Shown here one piece after another: positions 28,624 through 38,892 of a stretch of 64,000 nucleotides of DNA (positions are counted from its first letter, which is position 1; every line of letters begins with the position of its first letter). The position numbers and the translations under genes are program-made. The notes below the pieces were generated by a model. The model had not been told where the DNA came from and searched no databases. It saw only the letters and a program-made list of their open reading frames with translations. Source of the DNA: Acidobacteriota bacterium (GTDB lineage Bacteria; Acidobacteriota; UBA890; WLXD01); assembly GCA_036012155.1 (NCBI GenBank), contig DASCOT010000033.1, positions 106-64,105 of the forward strand. The letters run 5' to 3'.

Positions 28624-29670
28624 TCAACCCGCTTCGCCGTTCAGATTGGTACGCATGATCGCCGCGTGCGGGCCCCCGAAGTCGCGCTCGAGCGAGAACA
28701 CATCTCCGCCCGGTCCCGGTTGCCTCGCCAGCACTCCGTCGATCCGAGCACAATCATCCGCGTCGAGCGTCAGCTCGAAGGTCCTCGTCAACTCAGCCAG
28801 ATGGTCGGCGTTGCGCGCCCCGACGATCGCTGCCGCGACTCCCGGTCGCCCCAGAACCCACCGCGTTGCTACGTTGGCAATCGTCGCCGCGTGGCGCTCG
28901 CCCACACTCGCAAGCACCTGCAGGAGCTTCTGAAAGGCTTCCCAGCCGCCAAACTCGTCGATGATGAGCCGGTATTTCTCCAGCGAGCGATTGGTCCACG
29001 GAGCGCCCGGCTCCGGCACTCCCAGCCAACGGTTCGACAGGAACCCCCCCGCAACGGTTCCATAACAGAGAAGGTGCGCGTGGGCTGTGGCGCAATAGTC
29101 GACCAGAGCATGTTCCGGGCGTCGGTCGAGCACCGAATACTGCACTTGATTGCTGACCAGCTGTACACCGGCGGCCGCAAGCTCGAGCAGACGGTCCACG
29201 CCGAGGTTGGTGGCTGCAAGCAAGCGGATCTTTCCGGCGCGCTGCAGGTCGCACAACCACCCAGCCGTATCGAGATAACCAGGGATGTCGGCATCCCACC
29301 AGTAGAACTGCACGAGATCAAGCCGTTCTACGCCGAGCCGGCGCAGTGAGCGATGGATGATGCGCTCCACGTAGCCACGATCGATGGCCGCCAACGCATC
29401 GCGATCTGGCACGAACTTCGTGTGGACTCGTATCTGGGCGCCGCTCGATAGGCTTCTACGAAGGTCCCCCAGCAGCTCTTCCACGCCCGTGTAGATGTCG
29501 GCGCAATCGAACGTGCACAGCCCGGCTTCGACGAAGCGCTCCAGGTCGGCGAGCACTCGCGAGCGATCCCCTGCGCCGGCGCGAGCGTGACCTTCGGAGA
29601 GCTGCCAAAGCCCGATGATGATCGGTGGTACCGAATACCCGGGGGCGAGCTCGGTGTGTGGTCCCGTCAC
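28624..29670 (-). CDS. Aldo/keto reductase
   Basis: FDCADIY.G.E, VHTKF, SL.RLGVERLDLVQF, NQVQYSVLDRR. Confidence 0.88.
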   Translation of the reverse strand: MTGPHTELAPGYSVPPIIIGLWQLSEGHARAGAGDRSRVLADLERFVEAGLCTFDCADIYTGVEELLGDLRRSLSSGAQIRVHTKFVPDRDALAAIDRGYVERIIHRSLRRLGVERLDLVQFYWWDADIPGYLDTAGWLCDLQRAGKIRLLAATNLGVDRLLELAAAGVQLVSNQVQYSVLDRRPEHALVDYCATAHAHLLCYGTVAGGFLSNRWLGVPEPGAPWTNRSLEKYRLIIDEFGGWEAFQKLLQVLASVGERHAATIANVATRWVLGRPGVAAAIVGARNADHLAELTRTFELTLDADDCARIDGVLARQPGPGGDVFSLERDFGGPHAAIMRTNLNGEAG

Positions 29671-29677
29671 TCCGGCG

Positions 29678-30022
29678 TCACTCCTTGGGCAAGGGCACTG
29701 CCGTCACCTCCTGATGACGGAATGTGGTGCGGCCCTGCCGGCTGATGCGGAAGCGGCCGCCGCACAAAGGGTCAGGACAGGCGACCTCCATGTCCGTGGT
29801 CATCCAGTCATGGGGGTGGGTATCGCGCTGCTTAGCCGGTAGCAACGGTAGCAGGGCGGCTAGAGGATAGATCGGGAATGTTTGACCGGCTGGAAACGAC
29901 AGGCTTTCTCCGCACAACTCGAAGTAGTCGCCCTCCCGATGGTCGCAAACCATCGATCGGTCGCCGGCGATCACCTCGACTCGCAGGTCGTACAGGGTGA
30001 ACTCGTCGCCATGTTCGTTCAT
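29678..30022 (-). CDS. Small Cys/His protein, TIGR04076-like family
   Basis: LYDLRVEV..C.H..GDYF..LPAKQR..DWM..ACPDP.C. Family assignment from recalled motif. Confidence 0.65.
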   Translation of the reverse strand: MNEHGDEFTLYDLRVEVIAGDRSMVCDHREGDYFELCGESLSFPAGQTFPIYPLAALLPLLPAKQRDTHPHDWMTTDMEVACPDPLCGGRFRISRQGRTTFRHQEVTAVPLPKE

Positions 30023-30107
30023 GCTGACTCTCCCTCATCCGGTAAGGTTGGTCTCTGGCGGGCAACGGGGAAGTCTGATGGGTCTGGTTACGCTGCCTGG
30101 AGCGCAG

Positions 30108-31475
30108 ATGCAAGAACCCCAACCCCTCGGGTTCTTCGGGGGTAGCGTCGGGGCACTGGCCCCGTTCGGGGTCTTCATCACCGGCGTCGCCTGGCTGGGG
30201 CTCTCGGGAGCACCCGATGAGCGTGGTCTGTGGCCCGTGCTGATCGCCGCCATCGCGATCGCATTGCTGCTCACGCGCGACCGCAGACGCTATTGTGACA
30301 CCCTGCTGGCCGGCATGAGCCAGCCGATCGTCATGCTCATGTTGATGGCGTGGATGCTCGCCGGAGTTCTCAGCGCGGTACTCACGGCCGGCGGATTGGT
30401 GGATGCGCTGGCGGCGGCGGCGCGAGCGAGCGGCCTGCAAGGCGGCGCCTACGCTGCGGCGGCGTTCCTGGTTTGCTGCTTGTTCTCCGCCGCGACGGGC
30501 ACGAGTCTGGGTACGCTGATCCTGTGCCTGCCAGTGCTCTACCCAGCAGGGGCGCCGCTCGGGGCTGATCCTGCGATCCTTGCGGGTGCGATCATCGGCG
30601 GTGCCACCTTCGGGGACAATGTCTCTCCGGTTTCTGATACGACGATCGCTTCGGCCACGACGCAGGGAGCGGCCATCGGCGAGGTGGTTCGATCCCGCTT
30701 ACGCTACGCCCTTCCCGCCGCAGGCGTCGCGCTGCTCGGAGCCATGGTGCTCGGCGGCAATGGCGACGGTTTGCCAGCCGAACAGCTGGCCAAAGGCAAC
30801 GGCGCGCCGCTGGTGTTGCTCGTGGCCCCGGCGATCGTGTTCGTGCTGCTGCTTCGCCGACGTCATCTGGTGGAGGGCTTACTCTCCGGGATCGTCGTGG
30901 CGCTGGCGGTAGGTTGGATAGGAGGACTACTCCAACCAAGCGACCTGCTCCGCATCGAGCCCGACGCCTTCGCGGCTCGCGGACTGGTGGTAGACGGTAT
31001 TGAGCGTGCCCTCGGCATCTCGGTGTTCACGCTCTTGTTGATGGGATTGGTGGCCGGTATCGAGGCCAACGGGTTACTCGACCGTCTGGTGCAAGCCGCC
31101 ACCCGATCGGCTCGATCCGAGCGCGGCGCCGAGGCTTGGATCTTCGGTGCGGTGTCAGCTGCCGTCATGCTCACAGCGCACTCCGTGGTCGCGATCCTCG
31201 CGGTGGGAGCGTTCGCCCGACAGACTGGCGAGCGACTCGGTATCGGGCCGGCACGCAGAGCCAACCTGCTAGACACAACGGTGTGCACTTATCCCTTTCT
31301 TTTCCCCTGGTTCGTTCCTACGATCCTCGCCGCCTCGCTTACCGCTTCCGGAGCAGCGACGGGAATGCCCCGACTCGACGCCCTGCAGGTCGGCATGGCC
31401 AACCTGCACTCGTGGCTACTCCTGTCGATTGTGCTGATGGCCGTCTTCGGCGGCTACGGCCGACGAAGCCATTGA
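30108..31475 (+). CDS. Na+/H+ antiporter NhaC/MleN-family transporter
   Basis: ATGTSLGT, GATFGDNVSPVSDTTIASA, multi-TM. Start approximate. Confidence 0.85.
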   Translation: MQEPQPLGFFGGSVGALAPFGVFITGVAWLGLSGAPDERGLWPVLIAAIAIALLLTRDRRRYCDTLLAGMSQPIVMLMLMAWMLAGVLSAVLTAGGLVDALAAAARASGLQGGAYAAAAFLVCCLFSAATGTSLGTLILCLPVLYPAGAPLGADPAILAGAIIGGATFGDNVSPVSDTTIASATTQGAAIGEVVRSRLRYALPAAGVALLGAMVLGGNGDGLPAEQLAKGNGAPLVLLVAPAIVFVLLLRRRHLVEGLLSGIVVALAVGWIGGLLQPSDLLRIEPDAFAARGLVVDGIERALGISVFTLLLMGLVAGIEANGLLDRLVQAATRSARSERGAEAWIFGAVSAAVMLTAHSVVAILAVGAFARQTGERLGIGPARRANLLDTTVCTYPFLFPWFVPTILAASLTASGAATGMPRLDALQVGMANLHSWLLLSIVLMAVFGGYGRRSH

Positions 31476-31494
31476 AAGCTCGACCACGGAGGCT

Positions 31495-31920
31495 GTGATG
31501 CCGGCGCAGAGCATTCTCTACCGGCTGTTCGGAATTGGCGGCGTGCCGGCAACTGCCATGGCAGCGCTGCGCCAGGAGGGGCTGGTATTGGTGGAGGAGG
31601 GTGTCCGCGGTTGGATCACCTACCGGAACTTCCGTGCGCCCGGCAAGCGGTCCTCCTATCGGGTTAGCTGGTTCGTAGGCTCGCTGGTCATCACGCAGGC
31701 ACGTTTCGCTGCGTTCACGTTCTCCAAGCCGATCGTCAACATCGCGCTCGAGGCTGAGTGGCTGGAGAAGCTTCGCTGTGAGCTCGAGGGCGACTCGAGG
31801 CTGCTCGTGACCTTCGAGGCAGCAACGTTCGACACGGCTGCATCCGGCACGATCGAATGCAGGTTCACTACGCCCAAGGCCCATCTATTCATCGATCAGA
31901 TCCGCGCTCGAGCATCCTGA
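31495..31920 (+). CDS. Hypothetical protein
   Basis: Compact ORF with GGAGG RBS following nhaC and protein-like composition. No family recognised. Confidence 0.6.
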   Translation: MMPAQSILYRLFGIGGVPATAMAALRQEGLVLVEEGVRGWITYRNFRAPGKRSSYRVSWFVGSLVITQARFAAFTFSKPIVNIALEAEWLEKLRCELEGDSRLLVTFEAATFDTAASGTIECRFTTPKAHLFIDQIRARAS

Positions 31921-31951
31921 GCGGCGCTCCGGCGAATAGCGAGAGCGCCGC
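31921..31951 (+). terminator. Possible terminator hairpin
   Basis: GCGGCGCTC ... GAGCGCCGC inverted repeat right after the stop at 31920; weak U tail. Confidence 0.35.
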
Positions 31952-32090
31952 GGCTATTTCCGCGCCCACGTCACAACCACGCAACTTCGGTCGGCGTCCA
32001 ACCGTACATAGGAGCATGACGACACGCCCGGCCAAGTTTCGAAGACTTCGAGTTTGTACCGGGCAATCCCCCCGCAAGGAGCACCGACCC

Positions 32091-32885
32091 GTGATGAGCA
32101 CTCGCCTTCGACTCGCTCTGGTGGCCGGCCTGGCCGCTGTTCTATGGCCCGGCAGCAGTCCGACCGCAGCGCAAGACAATGACGAGTTCAGCTGGTCGGG
32201 CAGCGTGGCCGTGGGCAAGACGCTGCAGATCAAGAACGCCCACGGCCCGCTAGTGGCCGAGTACACCGAGGGCAACAGCATCGAGGTGAGAGCCGTCAAG
32301 GAAGGCCCTGCCGCTGACCGAGAGGCGGTGACTTTCGAGGTCGTCGAGCACGATGATGGCATCACGATCTGCGCGATCTACCCTGGGCGACTATGGTCGA
32401 GCAACGATTGCGAGCCCGACTCGGGTCACATGAGCAGCAATAGGAACAAGACCAAGGTGACCTTCAACGTGCGTGTCCCGGCGGGAGTCCGGTTCGTCGG
32501 CGAGACGATGAACGGCCGCATCGGCGCCGACAACCTGCGCAGCGATGTCGAGCTGCTGACGATGAACGGTGCCATCGAGGTATGGACAACGGGCTGGGCA
32601 AGCGCTTCGACCATGAACGGCAAGGTCTGGGCACGCATTGGCTCGACCGACTGGTCCGCAGAGCTCGAGCTCGAGTCGATGAACGGAGCCATCGAAGTAG
32701 TGCTACCGGTGGGTGCAAGCACCGACGTGCGCGCATCGACGATGAACGGCAGGGTCCAATCCGATTGGCCCCTGGAGAAAACCGGCTGGATCCGCAACAA
32801 GGCGAGCGGTACCATCGGATCCGGCGGCCGTACGATCTCGTTGTCGACGATGAACGGCAACATCAGCCTGCGCCGGGCCTCCTGA
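32091..32885 (+). CDS. DUF4097 beta-strand-repeat exported protein
   Basis: Signal peptide and repeated TMNG/SMNG motifs; AAGGAG RBS. Confidence 0.8.
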   Translation: MMSTRLRLALVAGLAAVLWPGSSPTAAQDNDEFSWSGSVAVGKTLQIKNAHGPLVAEYTEGNSIEVRAVKEGPAADREAVTFEVVEHDDGITICAIYPGRLWSSNDCEPDSGHMSSNRNKTKVTFNVRVPAGVRFVGETMNGRIGADNLRSDVELLTMNGAIEVWTTGWASASTMNGKVWARIGSTDWSAELELESMNGAIEVVLPVGASTDVRASTMNGRVQSDWPLEKTGWIRNKASGTIGSGGRTISLSTMNGNISLRRAS

Positions 32886-32908
32886 GCCGGGCTGTAGCGA
32901 CACCGGGA

Positions 32909-32930
32909 AGCCGGGTGGCCACCCTCGGCT
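32909..32930. terminator. GC-rich palindrome between convergent genes
   Basis: AGCCGGGTGG-CCACCCTCGGCT, a near-perfect inverted repeat. Confidence 0.3.
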
Positions 32931-32970
32931 CGGTCCCGCGGTCCCGGCTGCACACGCCACACCGGGCACT

Positions 32971-34092
32971 CTATTGCAGGAAGAGATCGACGACCTCCTG
33001 AGTCGGGAACCGCGGCGCGCCACTCATGTTGCTGATGACGGCGATCACCAGATCATCATCCGGCAGCAACATGAGCCCGGTGGTACCGCCTACCGAGCCG
33101 CCACCGTGGCCAACCGTACGACGGCCTGAGGCGTCCGTGCCGACCGTCCATCCGATCCCGTAGCCGGTCTCGGCGCCATCGCTGGTTCGCTGCGAAGTCT
33201 GCCACTCGCTCAGCGTCGCAGCCTGCAAGAACCCTGGCCCGACGTGCGCCATGCCGAAACGCACGAGATCCGTCGCCGTAGAGAGAAACCCTCCGCCGGC
33301 CCATTTGTAGCTGTTGTCGACCCAGGGCGCGTTGTACAAGAGCCCGTCATCGCGGCGCTCGTAAGGTCGAACGCGCTCCGGAACAATGAGGTGATTCTGA
33401 TCGGCAGTCGTGTCGAGCATTCCGAGTGGCTCGAAAACGCGGCTTTGCATTTGTGCCAAGAAATCCGCGCCGCTCGCCCCCTCGATGATGGCACTGATCA
33501 GATTCCATCCATAGCTCGAATACAGGTACTCGGAACCCGGCTCGAACATCAGCGGGTCGGCAGCGAAGATCTCCAACCCGGCCGTTACGGTGTCGTAATG
33601 AACGGCGCTGAGGAACTCATTGCCTCGGTAGTCACGGATGCCTGCCAGATGGCCGGCAACCTGGCGCGTCGAGATCGCGTGGCTCTTGGCCGGAAATACC
33701 GGTACATACTCCTGCACTGGTGCGTCGAGATCGATCTTGCCTTCCTCGTAGAGCAAACCGAGAAGCGACGCGGTCATCGGCTTGGCGACGCTGCCCACAC
33801 GGAACCGAGAGGTCGGTCGTACGGGCACCCGCTGCTCGATATCGGCCCATCCGAATCCCTCTGCCCAGACGATCTCGTCGTTGATCGCAACTGCGATCGA
33901 TAGGCCGGGGTACTCTGGCAGGCGCTCCTGCACGACGGAGCGCGCCGCCGCGATGGCGGCACCGTGCCCGGAGTGTTGCGGTTGCGCGTACTGCGCCCCT
34001 ACCGGAGCGGCGACGCTTGGCGGGCCGCACGCAAGGGCGACCAGCAGCAACAAGGCAAGCCACCCGTGGAACCGAACTCGGCGCGTCTTCAT
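32971..34092 (-). CDS. Serine hydrolase, beta-lactamase class C / PBP family, lipoprotein
   Basis: GSVAK (SxxK), YSSYGW (YxS), GHGG, lipobox VALAC. Confidence 0.87.
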   Translation of the reverse strand: MKTRRVRFHGWLALLLLVALACGPPSVAAPVGAQYAQPQHSGHGAAIAAARSVVQERLPEYPGLSIAVAINDEIVWAEGFGWADIEQRVPVRPTSRFRVGSVAKPMTASLLGLLYEEGKIDLDAPVQEYVPVFPAKSHAISTRQVAGHLAGIRDYRGNEFLSAVHYDTVTAGLEIFAADPLMFEPGSEYLYSSYGWNLISAIIEGASGADFLAQMQSRVFEPLGMLDTTADQNHLIVPERVRPYERRDDGLLYNAPWVDNSYKWAGGGFLSTATDLVRFGMAHVGPGFLQAATLSEWQTSQRTSDGAETGYGIGWTVGTDASGRRTVGHGGGSVGGTTGLMLLPDDDLVIAVISNMSGAPRFPTQEVVDLFLQ

Positions 34093-34165
34093 GGCGATCG
34101 CTCCCGTCTTCCGTGTGCAACCAAGCTGAGCCGTGTGGCCGGCTCCCGTACATCGACCCCGTACG

Positions 34166-35125
34166 CTAGGCGAGAAAATCGACCTCCAGACCGACTCCCG
34201 CCTTGCGTGCTTGCTCATATACGAGGCGTGCCAACGCAACGTCCTGCACAGCGAGGCCGGTGGAATCGAAGACCGTGATCTCTTGATCGGTCTCGCGGCC
34301 GGGCGACAACCCGGCGACGATCTCCCCGAGAGCGGCGTGGATGCCATCTCGAGTCAGCGAGCCATCGTGCAAGGGCACGTTCACCTCGCCGCTCTCGCAG
34401 GCCTGCTGCCAATCGTCGATCACCACCTTGGCGACCGCCAGCAGGCCGGACTCGAGCTCCTGCTTGCCGTGCGCATCAGCACCCATGGCGTTGATGTGCG
34501 CACCCGGTCTCACCCACTCACGTCGCACAATCGGGGTACGCGAAGGCGTTGCAGTGCACACGATGTCGCAGGCTGATGCGGCGGCCACATCGCCGACAGA
34601 TCCTCCGATCTCGGCCGCGAAGGTGGCGGCCGCGGCAGCGCTCTGATCGGCCGCCACCACCTGCAGGCCATCGAACACGACGCGCAACGCGTCGAGCATC
34701 GTGCGTGCCTGCACGCCGCAACCGACAAAGCCGACGCTGCTGGCGTCGGGCCGCGCCAGAACCTTGGCGGCGACGGCCGCGGCGGCACCGGTGCGCAGCG
34801 CCGTCAACAGCGTTGCATCCATGACCGCCAGCGGCACCGCGGTGACGGGGTCGCTGAGGATGTACATGCCAAGAACTGACGGCAAACCATGGCTGTCGGG
34901 GTTGCGAGGGTGCGAGTTGACCCACTTCACCCCCGCCGATCCCTCCATGTACGCCGGCATGGCGCGAAAATCCCCATGGAACTCCGGTAGCTCGAGATAG
35001 ACCTTCACCGGCATCTGAGTCCTACCGCGCCCGTGCGCCTCGAACGCCGCCTCGATCGCCGGCACCACGGCGCTCATCTTCACCACGGAGTGGATATCGG
35101 ACTGGGTCAGGATTATCGACTTCAC
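34166..35125 (-). CDS. Ornithine cyclodeaminase/mu-crystallin family, archaeal-type alanine dehydrogenase-like
   Basis: MPVKVYL..GDFRAMPA..GVKWVNSHP.NP, LRTGAA, GAD..GKQEL, FDSTGLAVQD. Confidence 0.82.
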   Translation of the reverse strand: MKSIILTQSDIHSVVKMSAVVPAIEAAFEAHGRGRTQMPVKVYLELPEFHGDFRAMPAYMEGSAGVKWVNSHPRNPDSHGLPSVLGMYILSDPVTAVPLAVMDATLLTALRTGAAAAVAAKVLARPDASSVGFVGCGVQARTMLDALRVVFDGLQVVAADQSAAAAATFAAEIGGSVGDVAAASACDIVCTATPSRTPIVRREWVRPGAHINAMGADAHGKQELESGLLAVAKVVIDDWQQACESGEVNVPLHDGSLTRDGIHAALGEIVAGLSPGRETDQEITVFDSTGLAVQDVALARLVYEQARKAGVGLEVDFLA

Positions 35126-35262
35126 GGCATGCTCGCAGGAGTGAGAGGAGCTGGTCAGGTAAACGCGATGCTACAGGCGCTTGTCCACACGGCATAGGGT
35201 CTGCGTAGGGGGCGCTCGGCACCCGCCAGTCGCCGCCGGCGGCATTCGGTAGACTGCCGCGC

Positions 35263-37956
35263 ATGATACGTCTTGCGCTCGGGCGCGCCGAATCGTTGGT
35301 GCTGGACCGTCCACGGACTGTGCTTACGATCGCCCTCGCACTGTGCGTGGTCTCGCTCTGGTTGGGGACGGGAATCGAGCTGCTGACGTCTCGACAAGAG
35401 CTGGTGCCACATGGTGACCCGGACCAAGAGCGCTGGAACGCGCTGCGCTCTCGATTCGCCAGCGCCGAGCCGCTCATCGTCGCGCTGGAGGCCACCGAAG
35501 ACGGCAACTCGGTCGAGGACCTAGAGACCACCGCGCGTGCGGTGGCGGAGCGCTTGCGAACCGATCCACAGGTACGCAGCGTCTTCTACCGCATCGACGT
35601 CGATTGGCTTGCCGACCACGCGCTCGCCCTGGCGCCCGCAGACATGGTCGAGCAAGCGTTTGAGACGTTGCAGGAGTTGTTCGCCGTCGATGGCACACTG
35701 ACCCTGACCGGCTGGGCCACGCTGAACGTAGGCATCGCCGCGCGCATCGAGGATTCGCTCCAATCCAGGAGCGCCCTGTCGTCGGATGATGCGGCCGTTG
35801 GCGCCGCCCGGATACTGCAGCTCGTCGAAGCCGAGTTCGACTTCCTGACCGACCCTCTTGGGTTTGTCGATCGGCTGACGAAGGCGCCGCTAATTCTCAT
35901 GGGCGGCGGCCAGCGCGGATCATTGACCGGCGATGGCTACCTTTCGACCATCGATGAGCGCGTCGTATTCGTGCTGGTCAGCCCGGCGAGCGCCGATAGC
36001 AGCTTGGAGGCACAGCGGGCGCTGGTCGATAGCGTCCGCGGGGCCCTGGCGGACGTACTGTCGGAGCATCCCGGTCTGGGTTACGGCCTCACCGGGCCGG
36101 CCGCCATGGCCGTAGAAGAGATGAACGGTATCGGACGAGATACCCGCCGCACGTCGTTAATCGCCATCGTCGGTGTATTCGGAATCGCGTTGCTGGTGTT
36201 CCGCCGACGGCGCCACGCTCTCCTTGGCCTGGCGACGCTGGCCGCCGGAGTGCTGTGGGCGATCGGCGCAGTACGGCTCGAGATCGGCTCGCTCAACGTC
36301 ATCACCACGGCGCTGATCCCCATTCTCGTCGGCTTGGGCATCGATTACGCGGTGCACCCGCTCTCGCAATACGAGCTCGAGCGCCAGCACAAGGGTCGAA
36401 GGGAAGCGGTGCGCGCGACACTTCGAAAGACCAGCGCCGCCGTCGTCGCCTCGGCGCTCACCACCGCAGTGGCTTTCGCCTGTCTGCTGCTCATGGACTT
36501 TCGCGGTTTCTCCCAGCTGGGTCTGGTAACCAGCGTCGGAGTGCTGCTCTGCCTGCTTGCCGCCCTGCTGGTGCTACCGGCGCTGCTGCTCTTGCGTGGC
36601 GCGCCCGAGCACGACGGTGCGACAGCACGCGCCGCCGTCGATCAGATCTGGGATGATCGGGTGGCCAGCTGGGTGTGCGCGTCACCGCGCCTGGTGGTCG
36701 CGCTGGCGATCGGTCTGACCACGGTGGCAGGGCTCGCTGCGAGCCATGTCGAGTTGAAGTCGAGCTTACTGGAGTTGCTCCCGGCAGGCTCCGATTCACT
36801 CCGCTACCTGGAGATCATCAACGAAGAGTCGGCGCTCAGCCACGACTTCAACCTGGTGGTCGCTGAAGATCTGGAGCAGCTTAGCGCCCTACGCCGGCGC
36901 GCCGAGCGCGAGGCCAGCGTCCGTCGATTCGATTCGATACTCACGTTCCTGCCCGAGCAGCCGGCCGCATCGGAGGCTGCCGCCGCTGGCGCCCGCAGGA
37001 CATTGGAGGCCATCGAGGTTGCCGAGGTCGCCTTCGACGGCGCACGGCTGAGCGACTCGCTATCGCGACTGGAATCCGCCTTGACCAGCGCCGCCGATGA
37101 CGCCTTCGTCGCCGGACTGGGGGAGGTATCCGGGGCTTTGGAAAGAGCCCGCGAGGTAACCGCATCCGCGCTGTCGCTGAGCGTAGAGGCGGGACCGGAG
37201 CAACTCGCCGACTGGGCGACGGCGCACGAGATGCTTCGCAGTGAGGCGCGCAGGCTGTTGCACGAGCTGCGCAACGCCGCCGCCGAGCCTCTCCCGACCC
37301 GGGCTTCCCTGCCGCCGGACATCGTCGATCGGTTTCTTACCGAGGACGACCGTTACGTAGGCTACTTGTTCCCGGCGGGCGATATCTACGACACCGGCTT
37401 TCTCGAGAGGTTCAACGGGGCGTCGCGTCGCGTCAGCAGCAACGCCATCGGCTTTCCGGTGCTCTTCGAGAGCCACTCTGCCTTGATCACCTCGGGGTTC
37501 ACGGTAGCGTTCGCCAGCGCCGCACTGCTCGTGTTCTTGGTGTTGCTGCTCGATCTACGCAACACGCGGCACACGATCTTGGCGCTGATACCGGTGTTCG
37601 TAGGGACGATATGGATGCTCGGGCTCATGCGAGCATTCGGCCTGTCGTTCAATTTCGCTAACCTGGTGGCGGTGCCGATCGTCCTGGGAGTCGGCATCGA
37701 CGCCGGGGTGCACGTCGTTCACCGGCTGCGCCTCGAGGGTGGCGACGGCATCATGACGGCCGTTTCACACACCGGCCGAGCGATTCTCATCGCTTCGCTC
37801 ACGACCATGGTGGGGTTCGGAAGTCTCGTTTTCGCTTCCCACCGTGGCATGGCGAGCTTGGGAGCCCTCCTGCTGCTAGGTGTCGCAGCGTGTGCGATCG
37901 CAGCTTTGATCGTCTTGCCAAACCTGGTGATCGTGAGCGGTATCGCGCGCCGCTGA
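35263..37956 (+). CDS. MMPL/RND lipid transporter (HpnN/BstA-like)
   Basis: 897 aa with two TM bundles: ILVGLGIDYAVH and IVLGVGIDAGVH; SALTTAVAF and ASLTTMVGFGSL. Confidence 0.88.
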   Translation: MIRLALGRAESLVLDRPRTVLTIALALCVVSLWLGTGIELLTSRQELVPHGDPDQERWNALRSRFASAEPLIVALEATEDGNSVEDLETTARAVAERLRTDPQVRSVFYRIDVDWLADHALALAPADMVEQAFETLQELFAVDGTLTLTGWATLNVGIAARIEDSLQSRSALSSDDAAVGAARILQLVEAEFDFLTDPLGFVDRLTKAPLILMGGGQRGSLTGDGYLSTIDERVVFVLVSPASADSSLEAQRALVDSVRGALADVLSEHPGLGYGLTGPAAMAVEEMNGIGRDTRRTSLIAIVGVFGIALLVFRRRRHALLGLATLAAGVLWAIGAVRLEIGSLNVITTALIPILVGLGIDYAVHPLSQYELERQHKGRREAVRATLRKTSAAVVASALTTAVAFACLLLMDFRGFSQLGLVTSVGVLLCLLAALLVLPALLLLRGAPEHDGATARAAVDQIWDDRVASWVCASPRLVVALAIGLTTVAGLAASHVELKSSLLELLPAGSDSLRYLEIINEESALSHDFNLVVAEDLEQLSALRRRAEREASVRRFDSILTFLPEQPAASEAAAAGARRTLEAIEVAEVAFDGARLSDSLSRLESALTSAADDAFVAGLGEVSGALERAREVTASALSLSVEAGPEQLADWATAHEMLRSEARRLLHELRNAAAEPLPTRASLPPDIVDRFLTEDDRYVGYLFPAGDIYDTGFLERFNGASRRVSSNAIGFPVLFESHSALITSGFTVAFASAALLVFLVLLLDLRNTRHTILALIPVFVGTIWMLGLMRAFGLSFNFANLVAVPIVLGVGIDAGVHVVHRLRLEGGDGIMTAVSHTGRAILIASLTTMVGFGSLVFASHRGMASLGALLLLGVAACAIAALIVLPNLVIVSGIARR

Positions 37957-38022
37957 CGGGTCGCGGGTATTCTTGCTGACAACATCGGCAACCCTCGCAA
38001 CGACAACCGGATTGCACCGACG

Positions 38023-38892
38023 ATGAACAACCCTCTGCGCTTGCCGGCGGCATTGTGCGCCACAGCGGCTACGCTCGTTGCAGGCAGCGCCGGTGTGGGC
38101 GCATCCGGTAACCAGGAAACTCTCCGGCTGGTAGCTTGCGCGCCGGGGTATCCGAGCAATACAGAGCAGGCGCAGCCCACCATGGACGACTTCGCAGCGA
38201 TGCTCGCCGCTGCTGCAGGGTGGCCGGTGGGGACATTGGCGGCCGAATACCATCCGGGCGAGGAAGTCGGGGTGAGTCGCCTGCGCGACCACGCCACGTC
38301 GATGGCGCTGGTTCCCCTGCCCTTGTATCTGAAGTACGAGCAGGAGCTCGACCTCACGCCGGTGGCGCAGGCGGTAAAGGCCTCCGGCAGCGCCACCGAG
38401 CGCTGGAGCCTGGTGGCCCCGGCCGGAGCGATCAGCGGGCCCGAATCACTCTCGGGTTGGGAGCTGTTGGGGCTTCCGGCCTACGCACCCCGCTTCGTGC
38501 GCGGGCCAGCGCTGTCGATTTGGGGGCAGCTGCCGGCAACGCTCTCCGTCGGCTTCACTCGACGGGTCCTCGCCGGGCTGCGCCGCGCCACGGCTGGCGA
38601 GCAGGTCGCCGTGCTTCTCGATGGCCCACAGACGGCTGCGTTGGCTTCGTTGCCTGGAGCCGAGTCACTCGAAGTAGTCACGACGTCGCCGCCTCTCTTG
38701 GCTTGGCTCGTCGTCTTGGTGGGTGACCGCGTCGACGCGCCGCTACGCCAACAGCTGATCAGCGGGCTCCTCGGCGCACACCACGCGGCGAGGTTCTCAG
38801 ACGTGCTCGAAACGATGCAGCTGGAACGCTTCGAGGCCCTGGATGCCGAGGCGCTGAGCCATGCCCGGGCGACGTACTCGGCGACTCGATGA
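38023..38892 (+). CDS. Periplasmic PhnD/SsuA-like substrate-binding protein (BstB-like)
   Basis: Signal peptide and alpha/beta pattern (LVACAPGYP, ALVPLPLY, VAVLLDG). No ABC ATPase or permease adjacent. Family assignment by recalled similarity. Confidence 0.6.
   Translation: MNNPLRLPAALCATAATLVAGSAGVGASGNQETLRLVACAPGYPSNTEQAQPTMDDFAAMLAAAAGWPVGTLAAEYHPGEEVGVSRLRDHATSMALVPLPLYLKYEQELDLTPVAQAVKASGSATERWSLVAPAGAISGPESLSGWELLGLPAYAPRFVRGPALSIWGQLPATLSVGFTRRVLAGLRRATAGEQVAVLLDGPQTAALASLPGAESLEVVTTSPPLLAWLVVLVGDRVDAPLRQQLISGLLGAHHAARFSDVLETMQLERFEALDAEALSHARATYSATR

Noticed and set aside
38023-38892. Phosphonate ABC uptake (phnD)
   Set aside because: No PhnC ATPase or PhnE permease nearby; the gene is coupled to an MMPL and a lipoprotein instead.
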